Source of the DNA: a virus
Reading direction: 5' to 3' (one strand)
Length of the DNA: 64,000 bases
IMG/VR virus record: IMGVR_UViG_3300044653_000068
Span: 51,257 to 115,256 of that record
Shown here: piece after piece, positions 1 through 8,836 of the stretch
Position numbering within the stretch: position 1 is the first letter of the stretch
Layout of the letters: every line of letters begins with the position of its first letter
Notes under the pieces: model-generated
Seen by the model: the letters and a program-made list of their open reading frames with translations, nothing else
What the model was told of the DNA's origin: nothing
The model's database searches: none
Program-made: the position numbers and the translations under genes

Positions 1-864
1 GTGCGTGGCGTTCATCTGCATGGCCTCTAGGAACTGGGCCTCGGACGGCGGGACCGTGACCGGCTTGTAGTCCCAGTCGCGGCCGTAGACCAGCGGCTCC
101 CTGCGCCGGAGGCTCTTGACGAGTTCCGCCCGCATGGCGGCGGCCTGGTCCTTGTCCACCTCGATCTCGGCGTTCTGGAAGGTGCCGGGCGGGAAGCCGC
201 CGGCCGCGTACCAGTCAGTGCCGAAGCGCTGCGCCTCGGTGCCGGCCAGGAAAGTCAGCGCGAACTGGCGCAACGGCGAGATGCCCTCGATCCGGCCGGG
301 CATAGGCAGGCCCGCGATGTGGAACACCTCGGCGTCGGGCCCGTGCCACCGGACCTCCCGGCCGAACGCGAAGACCCGGGCGCGCAGCGGGTTCCAGGAG
401 TGCTCGTCCTCCTGCTCGTGCACGTACACGTCGTTCGGGGGAATCCACTCGATGCCGGTCGGGAAGCCGTAGTTGTCCCGGCCCGTGACCCAGCCCCAGG
501 CGTTCCCCTGGAGCAGCAGCGCGACCATCATCGAGTTGACCCACGAATAGGTGGTGCCGATGACGCTGGGCTGGTCGAAAATGGACGGCCCGACCCACAT
601 GCGCTTGCCGGGGTAGCCGTCCCGGCCGAGCTGGGACAGGTAGACGCGCAGCGGCATGGAGGCGATGTTGTCCGCCAGCAGCTTGACGCCGCCGTAGAGC
701 GCGGGGAGGGCGAGGGCCGCGTCCGCGCCCATGAACTGGCGCGAGGGGTGCGTCGGGCCGCCTGTGTCGAACCTCCACAGAGGCGAGTCCCACGGCCGCC
801 AGGGCACGCCGCCGATGACGCGCTGCTCGACGGCAGCGGACATGATGCGGTCGCGCAGTGACAT
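1..864 (-). CDS. HK97-family phage portal protein (5' part; runs off window)
   Basis: Hand translation from ATG 864: MSLRDRIMSAAVEQR...ALALPALYGGVKLLADNIASMPL...ALLLQGNAWG...EVFHIAGLPMPGRIEGISPL...DWDYKPVTVPPSEAQFLEA. These are typical HK97 portal motifs. Not in the ORF track because the ORF is truncated. Confidence 0.9.
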   Translation of the reverse strand, partial: MSLRDRIMSAAVEQRVIGGVPWRPWDSPLWRFDTGGPTHPSRQFMGADAALALPALYGGVKLLADNIASMPLRVYLSQLGRDGYPGKRMWVGPSIFDQPSVIGTTYSWVNSMMVALLLQGNAWGWVTGRDNYGFPTGIEWIPPNDVYVHEQEDEHSWNPLRARVFAFGREVRWHGPDAEVFHIAGLPMPGRIEGISPLRQFALTFLAGTEAQRFGTDWYAAGGFPPGTFQNAEIEVDKDQAAAMRAELVKSLRRREPLVYGRDWDYKPVTVPPSEAQFLEAMQMNATH

Positions 865-928
865 CGCCGCTCCCTTAGCCGTGAAGACGCTTCACGCTAA
901 GAGTAGGGCAGGAACGTTGGAGGCGCTA

Positions 929-1303
929 TCAGCCCGGTTCGCTGTAAGCCTGCACGTTGGGGCCGAAGGGCACGCCGAACGGCGTCGTGTGATCGGCGAT
1001 CCGGTCGTCGTTGATAGAGCGCAGGCCCAAGGCGCGAGCGTCAGGGGCGGGACCGGGCGCGGCGACGGGCTTGAGCGTCATCGTCCCCATGCGGTAGCCG
1101 TGGCGGATCGCGAGGCCGTAGGCGGCGAGGCCCCTGGCGGCGAACACCGCGCAGAACACCAGGAGCCACCAGGAGCGGCCGACGACCCACCCGATCCCGA
1201 CGAGAATGCCAAGGATCACGGTGTCGATGACGTGCAGCGGGTGCGTGCGGTCCGCGACCTCGGCCGCCTCAAACCGCAGGTTCGCCAGAGTTTGATCGCT
1301 CAT
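929..1303 (-). CDS. hypothetical membrane protein
   Basis: ORF with two hydrophobic segments; TACGAT-N7-ATG suggests a start at 1303. Confidence 0.6.
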   Translation of the reverse strand: MSDQTLANLRFEAAEVADRTHPLHVIDTVILGILVGIGWVVGRSWWLLVFCAVFAARGLAAYGLAIRHGYRMGTMTLKPVAAPGPAPDARALGLRSINDDRIADHTTPFGVPFGPNVQAYSEPG

Positions 1304-1375
1304 GCCAGCTATCGTAACCCACGTCCTGCGGGCTCTCGGGTGAACTGGCGTCACGAGCGCAGGGCGGCCACCGGG

Positions 1376-2083
1376 CTAGGCCGCACCAGATCCAGCGGCA
1401 GGCGTCGCACCGATAAGGCCCTGCACACCGTAGTAGCTGAGCTGGTCGTGGCTTACGTCCAGCTTGCGGTCGATGAACGTCCCGTTCTTGAGCACCGGGT
1501 CGAGATCCGCCCAGTTGAGCCCCCTGGCGTACAGCATCTCGTGCAGCTCGGGGAGCTTCTTGCCTTCCAGCTGCTTGTGCGAGTAGTGCCACTGAGCGCA
1601 CATTTGCACGGAGTTACGGTACCAGTCCTTCTGACGCCACACGAAGACGTTGGGCGCGTCGGCCTCGGGCACGCTGAACGCGCGGGCGTCGAACATGGCC
1701 GGGGGCATCGCGGCGGGGAGCTTCCAGGCGGCCTCGCGGGCGAAGTAGGCGGTGAACGCGCTGGCCGAGACCGAGATCAGCTTGCTCAGCTCGTTGCCGA
1801 ACCACGGCTGCGTCTCCGGGCTGTCAGCGTCGTCGAGCATGAACGTGGCCTCGTCGCTCTGCGCGTAGGCGAGCTTGAAGCCCTGCATCTCCCTGGCCGT
1901 GTCGATGGCGGCGTTGGTCATGGCATTGATGAACGCGATGTCGAACGGCTTGTCCAGGCCCCGGGTCCAGGTGTGGAACGCCTTGCCGTCAACCCGGATG
2001 AACACCGGGCAGTTCGGGGTCAGGGTGTGGGCGGAGACGGCCTCGTACCGCTTGATCCGGTCCCCGAGTGAGTCGCCCATCAT
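1376..2083 (-). CDS. tRNA-His guanylyltransferase Thg1-like protein (3'-5' polymerase)
   Basis: LGDRIKRYE, IRVDGKAFHTWT, YAQSDEATF, FDARAF and WRQKDWYRNSV match the Thg1/TLP signatures. Confidence 0.93.
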   Translation of the reverse strand: MMGDSLGDRIKRYEAVSAHTLTPNCPVFIRVDGKAFHTWTRGLDKPFDIAFINAMTNAAIDTAREMQGFKLAYAQSDEATFMLDDADSPETQPWFGNELSKLISVSASAFTAYFAREAAWKLPAAMPPAMFDARAFSVPEADAPNVFVWRQKDWYRNSVQMCAQWHYSHKQLEGKKLPELHEMLYARGLNWADLDPVLKNGTFIDRKLDVSHDQLSYYGVQGLIGATPAAGSGAA

Positions 2084-2220
2084 GTTCCCCTCGCCTGGTA
2101 CGCGGCTGCCAGGCGCTCGTAGTCCTCCTGCTTAACCTCGCCGTCCGGCAGCGGCCCGTGCTCTGCCACCGCCCACTGCACGAACTCCGGGAACCTAACG
2201 GCTACATCACGCCAGGTCAT
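2080..2220 (-). CDS. hypothetical protein (46 aa)
   Basis: MTWRDVAVRFPEFVQWAVAEHGPLPDGEV...; start and stop overlap neighbouring genes. Confidence 0.55.
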   Translation of the reverse strand: MTWRDVAVRFPEFVQWAVAEHGPLPDGEVKQEDYERLAAAYQARGT

Positions 2221-2434
2221 CAGCTGCTCCCGTAAATGGGCCGGACGCTGGTGTCCCTGACCGCGATGGCGGCGATCTCAGCGCTCTTAACGTGCTCCCC
2301 GAGCTGGACAAGCGCGCGTCCAGCGCCTGATTCGCGCGCTCCTCGGCAACCGTGGCGGCCTCGGCGGCGCTGAGCGGGCCGTCGATGACGAACCGGAGCG
2401 TGACCTCGGCCTCGTAGTGATTGATTTTCGGCAT
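2207..2434 (-). CDS. hypothetical protein, probable frameshift near 2315
   Basis: N-terminus MPKINHYEAEVTLRFVIDG appears to continue as LVQLGEHVKSAEIAAIAVRDTSVRPIY in another frame. Confidence 0.5.
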   Translation of the reverse strand: MPKINHYEAEVTLRFVIDGPLSAAEAATVAEERANQALDARLSSSGSTLRALRSPPSRSGTPASGPFTGAADDLA

Positions 2435-2443
2435 GCGGGCCCC

Positions 2444-2644
2444 TCAGTGGAAACTGGCGAATCTGATGTCCCGCTCCGCGCGCAGCAGGTCGATGGCGGC
2501 CTCCCGGCGGCTCATCCCCCACCCGCACAGAGGACGGCCGTAGAGCAGCGAGGGCAGCCCGGTGAAACGGGCCCGGATGATGTCGTGCTCCAGGCCTATC
2601 TCCTCGAACTCCACCTCGGAGTCGCCGTACTTGAGCTTGTCCAT
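2444..2644 (-). CDS. hypothetical protein
   Basis: 66 aa ORF starting 9 nt after a GGAAT-N18-GTT promoter. Confidence 0.65.
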   Translation of the reverse strand: MDKLKYGDSEVEFEEIGLEHDIIRARFTGLPSLLYGRPLCGWGMSRREAAIDLLRAERDIRFASFH

Positions 2645-2653
2645 GCCCGCTGC

Positions 2654-2679
2654 AACACCGGGTCAGGCGGGCGTATTCC
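2654..2679 (-). promoter_or_regulatory. SigR/SigH-type ECF promoter (GGAAT-N18-GTT)
   Basis: GGAAT ACGCCCGCCTGACCCGGT GTT, then 9 nt to ATG 2644. Confidence 0.7.
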
Positions 2680-2680
2680 C

Positions 2681-4363
2681 CTACGCGATGGTGTTCGTAA
2701 GATCATAAGATCTGCGCACCTTGTTCAGGACGTACGCCGCGTTCGTGGCCGAGGTGATCGGCGTGATGTCCGCCTCGGCGTCGCGCCTGCACCAGGCCTT
2801 GCCGCCGTCCCCGGCCACACGGGTGGTGGCGCGAGCCACGGCCTTCCAGAGCGTGGGGGACAGCTCCTCCCCGAAGTGCCACAGCCTCTGGTCCTTGACC
2901 TGCTGCATGAGGAACGCGAACGCGGCCGCCTCCTCGCCGGGGCCCACCGGGTACACGCGGTCGCCCCACTGGCGGATGGCGTCGTCGAGCAGCGCCGCGC
3001 CCGGCCCCGACTTGGGGATCGCGATCGACTTGGGGTTCCACTTCCTGCACTTGACGATCAGCCACGGGATCACCCAGGCGACGCCCTGGCGCGAGCCGTC
3101 GCGGGGCATCTCGACGACGATCTTCTTCTGCTTGTGCTCCCAGGCGCACATCACCGTGGCGGACTTGCCGTCCTCGTCCACGTCGATCCCCACGACCATG
3201 GGGGGCGTCGGCATGCCGGGGTCCTCGTTGGTCAGCATCTTCCAGGCGGGCTTGCTGATTACCTCCCAGGGCTCGTCCTCAAGCGGCCAGTTGCCGATGG
3301 CGAGGCGCTCGATGTCGAACTTCCTGGGCGGCATCGTGTCCAGCTCGGACCGGGTGAACCCGGGGCTGATGCGGTAGCCCATGCCGGGGTTGGCCCTCGC
3401 CCAGGAGCGCGGGTCGTCGCGGTCGTCGTGCAGGTCGCACACGATGTAGTAGTTGTCCTCGCGCCCGTGCGCCTCGTCCCTCGGGCAGCTCTCGTCGTGC
3501 GGGTTCACGGACCATTCCGCGCCGAACACGCCGGGGGCCTTCTTCTTCATGTTCTGGCGCATCTTGGCGAGCTGGGCGGACACCGTGCCGTCCTCCAGTC
3601 CGGCCGAGGCGGCGTAGATGATCTGCGGGTTGGGCCGGGCGGACATGGTGGGCATCGACGCCCCTACCTGCTCGTCGGACAGGATCATGGCCTCGTCGTA
3701 GACCAGGCAGTCGCAGGAGAACCCGCGCGAGGTGGCCGCGCCCGAGCGCGCGTGGAACTCCAGCTTGGAGGCCCGCCGCCGGAGCATCTGCCGGCCGCCC
3801 GCGCCGAAGATCAGCGTCGGGCGCGGCTTGAGGATGATCGCCTCCTTGCCGTTGCCGGTCCGGATGTTGGAGACGCGCCGGGCCAGGGCCGGGTACTCCA
3901 GCAGGACCATCTGGAGCCGCTCAAGGTGGTTGAGGCTCGTCTTGAGCTGATGGCTTGTGTGGATGATCAGCTCCTCCTGGAGCACGAACAGGCCGAACAG
4001 CTCGCGAACCTCCAGGCAGGTGCCCTTCCCGTTCTGGCGGGACACGATCAGCACCGTGTTGAGGGCGGACCACATGCCGTCCGGCTGGCGGCCCATCATG
4101 TGCCGCAGAACCCAACGCTCCCAGGGGTCCAGCTCGTAGCCGAAGCCCTCGGCCCACTCCAGGGCCTCCTGCGCGACGTGATCGCCGCAGCCGTGGGAGT
4201 GCCTCTCCTCCTCGGCCTCCAGCGCGCACATCAGGCAGCCCGGCTGCTGCGCCTCGTGACGCGGCGGGATGGAGTAGAGGCGCGGCATCTGGTCGCCCAT
4301 GAGCGGCCCCTCCATGAAGGTGCCGTCAGGGAGCTGGACGCGCTCGGTAAGTCGGTTGGCCAC
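2681..4363 (-). CDS. terminase large subunit
   Basis: Walker A VSRQNGKG, Walker B LVYDEA, ANPGMG and nuclease VVGIDV; close to the portal gene. Confidence 0.93.
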   Translation of the reverse strand: MANRLTERVQLPDGTFMEGPLMGDQMPRLYSIPPRHEAQQPGCLMCALEAEEERHSHGCGDHVAQEALEWAEGFGYELDPWERWVLRHMMGRQPDGMWSALNTVLIVSRQNGKGTCLEVRELFGLFVLQEELIIHTSHQLKTSLNHLERLQMVLLEYPALARRVSNIRTGNGKEAIILKPRPTLIFGAGGRQMLRRRASKLEFHARSGAATSRGFSCDCLVYDEAMILSDEQVGASMPTMSARPNPQIIYAASAGLEDGTVSAQLAKMRQNMKKKAPGVFGAEWSVNPHDESCPRDEAHGREDNYYIVCDLHDDRDDPRSWARANPGMGYRISPGFTRSELDTMPPRKFDIERLAIGNWPLEDEPWEVISKPAWKMLTNEDPGMPTPPMVVGIDVDEDGKSATVMCAWEHKQKKIVVEMPRDGSRQGVAWVIPWLIVKCRKWNPKSIAIPKSGPGAALLDDAIRQWGDRVYPVGPGEEAAAFAFLMQQVKDQRLWHFGEELSPTLWKAVARATTRVAGDGGKAWCRRDAEADITPITSATNAAYVLNKVRRSYDLTNTIA

Positions 4364-4394
4364 ACCCCGACTCTATAACCGGAGTGTGAACTCG

Positions 4395-4658
4395 CTACAG
4401 AAGTGGGGAGCGGACGGTCTCCAGATCACGGCGGCGCTGCGGGAAGTGAGGCGGGCAGTAGTCGCGCTGGTGCGCCCAGGGACGGCGCAAATCGGCCCAG
4501 TCGCAGTCGCAGGGGACGACGTGCCAGCCGGCGGCGCGGGCGTCCTCCTGGGCGAGGTGGAACGACCAGTGCTCCAGTGTCGTCCGGCAGAACGGCTTAT
4601 CGCAGCGCAGCGCCCCGTTCCGGTAAGTCACCCGGCGTACCTCGTGTGGATAGTCCAC
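4395..4658 (-). CDS. hypothetical protein (Cys-rich)
   Basis: ORF with CDKPFC and DYCPPH in the leftward gene run. Confidence 0.5.
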   Translation of the reverse strand: MDYPHEVRRVTYRNGALRCDKPFCRTTLEHWSFHLAQEDARAAGWHVVPCDCDWADLRRPWAHQRDYCPPHFPQRRRDLETVRSPLL

Positions 4659-4820
4659 TCCCCCACGGCCGGACTGTAGATCACGCTGAGCCGCCCGCCG
4701 CTGATCATGTCGGCGGTCACCGGAACCTGCTGTCCGCGCTCGGCTATGTACCTGGCGAGCGACAGGATCGGCCCGGCCGCATCCGCGTCCTTCAGGTACC
4801 CGCGCAGGAACTCAATCTCC

Positions 4821-5084
4821 TCAGTCATTGACATCGAAATTCGGGTCGCCCGAGCGCATCTGCGAGTTCTTGCACGTCCCCCTGTGCGCAGTGCCCGGCA
4901 GCGTCGAGCAGCAGGTGCGCTGTGAAGTGATGTCACGCCCCGCCTGGATGTTCGCCGGCCCGTCACCGCCCTCCTGGATCTGATGCCGCCGGACCTCCGC
5001 GCGACTGCGCACCAGGACGAGGACGAGCATGAAAACCGCCAGCACCGCGATCACGACGCAGGCACCCGCGAGTATTTCGTTCAT
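4821..5084 (-). CDS. hypothetical membrane protein
   Basis: N-terminal transmembrane helix; AGGAG Shine-Dalgarno upstream. Confidence 0.55.
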   Translation of the reverse strand: MNEILAGACVVIAVLAVFMLVLVLVRSRAEVRRHQIQEGGDGPANIQAGRDITSQRTCCSTLPGTAHRGTCKNSQMRSGDPNFDVND

Positions 5085-5093
5085 TATCTTCTC

Positions 5094-5426
5094 CTATTCC
5101 GCCGTGCAGAGCAGGGTTACCCAGCCGCGCCCATCACGGCCGGTCTCCCGGGCGCGAGCGTAGCCGTTCCACTTGAGCCAGATGTCCAGCAGGCCGGGCT
5201 CGTCCACCAGCAGGTCGGCCAGGGTCGCCCGGTACCGGCCCGGGGGCCTCACCGCAGGCCGCTGCGCGGCAGGTCCCGTGCTGCCTCCGCTGACCCGGAA
5301 GCGAGCCTGGGTGGCCGCGTACTTCGAGCGGCCCGGCAGCAGCGCCGCCAAATCGGCGGGCGGCAGGCCCGGGTTACCCCGGACGATCTCCAGCTCCGCC
5401 TCAGTCCAGGCGGGGGCGCGAACCAT
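5094..5426 (-). CDS. putative DNA-binding protein (Myb/HTH-like N-terminus)
   Basis: WTEAELEIVR...ADLAALLPGRSKYA pattern. Confidence 0.45.
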   Translation of the reverse strand: MVRAPAWTEAELEIVRGNPGLPPADLAALLPGRSKYAATQARFRVSGGSTGPAAQRPAVRPPGRYRATLADLLVDEPGLLDIWLKWNGYARARETGRDGRGWVTLLCTAE

Positions 5427-5670
5427 GCGGGCACCTCCCCGGATGGCAGTTGATGAGGTGGAACGGGTCGCGCGACGGCGGGATCAGCCCGAACAGGTGC
5501 GCGGTCAGCGTAGCCCAGACGGACACCACGACCGGGCCCATCACCCGGTGGCGGCTCGCGCTCTTGAACGCGTCGCTCATCGTCTCATTGCCCGTGGCGT
5601 CAGCCGCCAGCACCAGAACCGCGAGGGCGATCCAGCCCCAGCCGGGATGGTCATGCTTGGGAACGTTCAC
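5401..5670 (-). CDS. small actinophage membrane protein
   Basis: GWGWIALAVLVLAAD...ETMSDAF...LTAHLFGLIP..DPFH; AGGCGGGAGG upstream. Confidence 0.6.
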   Translation of the reverse strand: MNVPKHDHPGWGWIALAVLVLAADATGNETMSDAFKSASRHRVMGPVVVSVWATLTAHLFGLIPPSRDPFHLINCHPGRCPHGSRPRLD

Positions 5671-5878
5671 CTCCCGCCTCCTGCCCCGCCTTGAATCCCC
5701 GAGTGAAGAGAACATCGCCTATGCGCATGTCCACTTCCCGCTGGCCGTCATCAAGCTCCTCCCACGGCAGAAGCCACGAGGGCCTGGCATCCGGTTGCTC
5801 CCGCGCCCACTCAACCCAGATCTGCCGCACCAGGCGGCCGACCAGTTCACGGGGCTCCGCCACGATCCTGTCGCTCAC
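5651..5878 (-). CDS. hypothetical phage protein
   Basis: GRLVRQIWVEWAREQPDARPSWLLPWEELD motif. Confidence 0.55.
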   Translation of the reverse strand: MSDRIVAEPRELVGRLVRQIWVEWAREQPDARPSWLLPWEELDDGQREVDMRIGDVLFTRGFKAGQEAGGERSQA

Positions 5879-6121
5879 TTCCCGCGCCGCCATCTCTTCG
5901 GGGGGTTGACTCCCTTGAGAGCGTAGCGCTCGATCCAGGCGCGATCCCGCTTCTCGGCCCACATCGCAATTCGCTCCAGGGGCCTCCGCCAGCCCGTCGC
6001 GTTGTCGGGGATCTCCCAGCGCAGGGAGCAGTCCTTCCGGACGCCCATGCAGAAGCTGCCCAGCCGCGACCAGGGGCTCTCGTAGAAGACGGTGATCAGG
6101 AGCCGCCTGTCGCGCGGGGAC

Positions 6122-6376
6122 CTACGCGCCGGGGTTGTCGTCATCGCCGGCCTCCAGCGGGCAGAACGGGCAGGGAACGCAGTCGCACGACACGTCATGC
6201 CGGAGGCTGGGGTCACTGGGATCGCCCGCGCCGCACGTGCACAACGGCTCGCGCTTCTCCAGCCACTCGCGGCCGAGCCAGCCAACGCCGGCGCAGGGGC
6301 ACTCCAGCTCGGGCTGCTCCACCTTGAACTGGCCGTGGCCGTCGAAGTCGTAGAGCGGGGCGGTGGGGTCATTCAT
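6122..6376 (-). CDS. Cys-rich hypothetical protein
   Basis: Several CxC/CxxC motifs; overlaps neighbouring genes. Confidence 0.5.
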   Translation of the reverse strand: MNDPTAPLYDFDGHGQFKVEQPELECPCAGVGWLGREWLEKREPLCTCGAGDPSDPSLRHDVSCDCVPCPFCPLEAGDDDNPGA

Positions 6377-6692
6377 GCGAGGTCTCCTGTAGGTGGGTGA
6401 TGATCAGCGCATACCCGTCATACCCGCCGGGGCGGCCGCCTTTGCCCACCGTAACCTCAACCGTGTCGTCCAGCTCGTCCGCATTCCAAGAGCTGACCCG
6501 CGTGTCCCCGGGCTGGCCGTTGGGGCACCGGATGCCGTTCATATTGACCCGGCGTCCGAGCGACGCGTAGGTGAACACCGCCCCGGCTGACTGCCCTCCC
6601 TGACCCCCCTGGAGCACGATGTCAACGCGAGTCGCCCCGGCGGGCTTAACCCACGTGCCATCCTCGGCGAAGTACTGGATGTCTGGCTTCAT
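6369..6692 (-). CDS. glycine-rich-domain-like protein
   Basis: GTWVKPAGATRVDIVLQGGQGG...VTVGKGG; starts 9 nt after a GGAAT-N19-GTT promoter. Confidence 0.6.
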   Translation of the reverse strand: MKPDIQYFAEDGTWVKPAGATRVDIVLQGGQGGQSAGAVFTYASLGRRVNMNGIRCPNGQPGDTRVSSWNADELDDTVEVTVGKGGRPGGYDGYALIITHLQETSHE

Positions 6693-6719
6693 GTCCGGTT
6701 AAACGCTCGTTCCGGCGGG

Positions 6720-7151
6720 CTATATTCCGCCCTGCTCACGGCGTCGGCGCTCCTGCATCCGGGCGCGCTTGTCCTCGGTGTCGTCGGGCTCGCCCTCAGG
6801 CGGGTACAGCTCGATGAGCTGGAGGAAGTTCAGCCGGATCTCCTTGGTGTACTGGGTGATCTCGCGGGGCGAGACCTCGCCGCAGTCGAGCTGCCGGGCC
6901 ATCATGCACGACTGCCTCGCCAGCGCGGTGTCGGCGGCCTCGTCCGGGAACTTCCCGAGATCCTTGATGAAGCTCTCCTCGATGCCGCCGTCCTTGACAT
7001 CGCCCATCGTGGCCTCGGCCACCGGGCCGCAGACGGCGCAGTAGTACACGCCCTTGGACTTGATGAACACGTCGTCGCCCGGCGCGATGGGGATCTTGCA
7101 GCCGCAGCAGCGAACGGGGCCGGAAGCCGTGGCCCAGACCGGGTAGCTCAT
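6720..7151 (-). CDS. candidate terminase small subunit with N-terminal Zn finger
   Basis: CCGC...CAVC, then a helical region ALARQSCMMARQLD...TKEIRLNFLQL...DDTEDKRAR resembling actinophage TerS; upstream of terL. Confidence 0.5.
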   Translation of the reverse strand: MSYPVWATASGPVRCCGCKIPIAPGDDVFIKSKGVYYCAVCGPVAEATMGDVKDGGIEESFIKDLGKFPDEAADTALARQSCMMARQLDCGEVSPREITQYTKEIRLNFLQLIELYPPEGEPDDTEDKRARMQERRRREQGGI

Positions 7152-7154
7152 GAC

Positions 7155-7568
7155 CTAACGGTACTCGGGGTACTCCCAGGGACGCCAGGGAGAAGGGGGC
7201 CGTTGGCGAGGAGGGGCCTCCGTGCCCGCGATCAGGTCTCCGGCTTCGGTGTACTGCCCCGTGTTCGGGCATCCGCCGCCGTGACCGCCACCTCGGATCG
7301 CACCGCAGCAAGGGCAGCCCTGCCCGTCAGTCGCGGGCCAGGTGCCGTCGCCGTTCCGGCCGTTACCGCCGCGCTGAACAGGCTTGTACCCAAACCGCCT
7401 GAACGCCTCGTCCTCCAGGTAACTTGCCTGCATCCGCAGCACCGGGTCCGCAGATCGCGAGACGCGCTGCACGTGCTCCCAAGCCGCCTTGAACTGCTCC
7501 GAATCCGGTCTGAGTCTCAGCCACTCGCCGACCTGCCGGAGCTTCTCCTGCTCGTCATTGAATCCCAT
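7155..7568 (-). CDS. hypothetical protein
   Basis: 137 aa ORF, TAGGGT-N6-ATG leaderless start. Confidence 0.6.
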   Translation of the reverse strand: MGFNDEQEKLRQVGEWLRLRPDSEQFKAAWEHVQRVSRSADPVLRMQASYLEDEAFRRFGYKPVQRGGNGRNGDGTWPATDGQGCPCCGAIRGGGHGGGCPNTGQYTEAGDLIAGTEAPPRQRPPSPWRPWEYPEYR

Positions 7569-7583
7569 GCGCGCACCCTACGG

Positions 7584-7654
7584 TGGAGCTGGAGGGAATC
7601 GAACCCTCTGCAGCCTGCCTGCCAGGCGGGCCCGCTACCTCAGCGATCAGCCCC
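7584..7654 (-). tRNA. tRNA-Ala(GGC), atypical short D-loop
   Basis: GGGGCTG/CAGCTCC acceptor with G3:U70, anticodon loop CTGGCAG, T-arm GAGGG-TTCGATT-CCCTC. Confidence 0.8.
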
Positions 7655-7839
7655 GTGCCAGGTTTCCCGGTGCACTCACCGTGGCAAGCGGATCATAGGG
7701 CGTTCCGGGGAGGGATTAAGGGGACTCCCGCACCGGCCTGCCGTCGCCGGCCTGGTATCCCCTACCTGAACCTCGGCGCCCACTCTACCGCGCCCGGAGG
7801 TTTACCTTCCTGTGACAAACGATCCGGTCATAGCGTAGA

Positions 7840-8700
7840 TTGCCCCCCATGACACGATTCCGAATGACCATCGCCGTTGTCATCGCCCTCGCGTTCGCGC
7901 TCCTCGGCCTCGTGCCGGGTGCAGCCTCGGCCTCTCCCGCCGCCCCGCACGCGCCCGCCGGATGGGGCGTGGTGTACGCGCACGACTTCGCGACTCAGGG
8001 CGCCGGGAACTGGAAGGCGGACCCCTGGTACTCGTCTGCGCCCGTACTCGAAAGCAGCCAGAACGGCCTGGGCGTGGACATCACGGCGCCCGGCCAGAAG
8101 ACCTGGGTGGTCTACTCCCCGGCGAACCCGTACTTCATCGGCCCCGACGCGTTCGTCCAGGGGCTCGTGTACATCCCGGAGGCCGCGAACGGCCAGGTGG
8201 CGAACTGGCCCGCCTTCTGGACTTCCGGCGATCCCTGGCCGGAGAACGGCGAGATCGACATGCTGGAGGGCCTCGGCGGAAGCGCGTGCGTGCACACCCA
8301 CTACGAGACCGCGCAGGGCGAGGCCGGCCCGTCCGGCGGCTGCGCCAGCCCCCCGCTCGGCACCGGCTGGGTGACCGTCTCCATGCTCCGCGAGAACGGC
8401 GAGGTCAAGGTCTGGTACGACAGCGCTTACATCGGCGAGGCGCCGCTGCCCACCTCCGCGCTGGAGGAGCTGATCTTCTCGGACGAGTCAGACGGGGGCG
8501 GCCCGTACGCGGCGGGAACGGCGTGGCTGCGCGATGTCACGGTCTCGGCGCCCGGCGGCACGCCAGTCGTAACGGCGGCGAAGACCCAGGTGAAAGCCGC
8601 CGTCTCGGCTCATGAGCTTCATCTCGCGCACCTCGCGCACTTGGCCCACCTGGAACATCTCGCCCACCTGCGGTACCTGGCAGAGCACGCGGCCGGGTAA
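7840..8700 (+). CDS. secreted GH16 glycoside hydrolase (beta-glucanase-like) with His-rich tail
   Basis: Signal peptide; WPAFW..WPENGEIDMLE catalytic motif. Confidence 0.85.
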   Translation: MPPMTRFRMTIAVVIALAFALLGLVPGAASASPAAPHAPAGWGVVYAHDFATQGAGNWKADPWYSSAPVLESSQNGLGVDITAPGQKTWVVYSPANPYFIGPDAFVQGLVYIPEAANGQVANWPAFWTSGDPWPENGEIDMLEGLGGSACVHTHYETAQGEAGPSGGCASPPLGTGWVTVSMLRENGEVKVWYDSAYIGEAPLPTSALEELIFSDESDGGGPYAAGTAWLRDVTVSAPGGTPVVTAAKTQVKAAVSAHELHLAHLAHLAHLEHLAHLRYLAEHAAG

Positions 8701-8722
8701 CTGGAACGCTGCCGGGGCCCGG

Positions 8723-8796
8723 TGGCGGGAGCCGGATTTGAACCGGCGACCTGAGCGTTATGAGCGCCCCGCGCTGCCGAACTGCGCCATCCCGCT
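8723..8796 (-). tRNA. tRNA-Met(CAT)
   Basis: Full cloverleaf, anticodon loop CTCATAA, T-loop TTCAAAT; A1:C72 mismatch. Confidence 0.92.
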
Positions 8797-8836
8797 ATGT
8801 CCCTCAACCGTGCGGATTTCGCCGAGGGTGACCCCA

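Noticed and set aside
2417-4378. Long alternative ORFs (653 aa here; also 731-2071, 40384-41691, 62141-63778 and the 5' part of 43277-45901)
   Set aside because: These are antisense or off-frame shadows of real genes, expected in high-GC DNA
7584-7654. tmRNA (GGGGCTGA start, G3:U70)
   Set aside because: It has a complete anticodon arm and closes within 71 nt, leaving no mRNA-like domain
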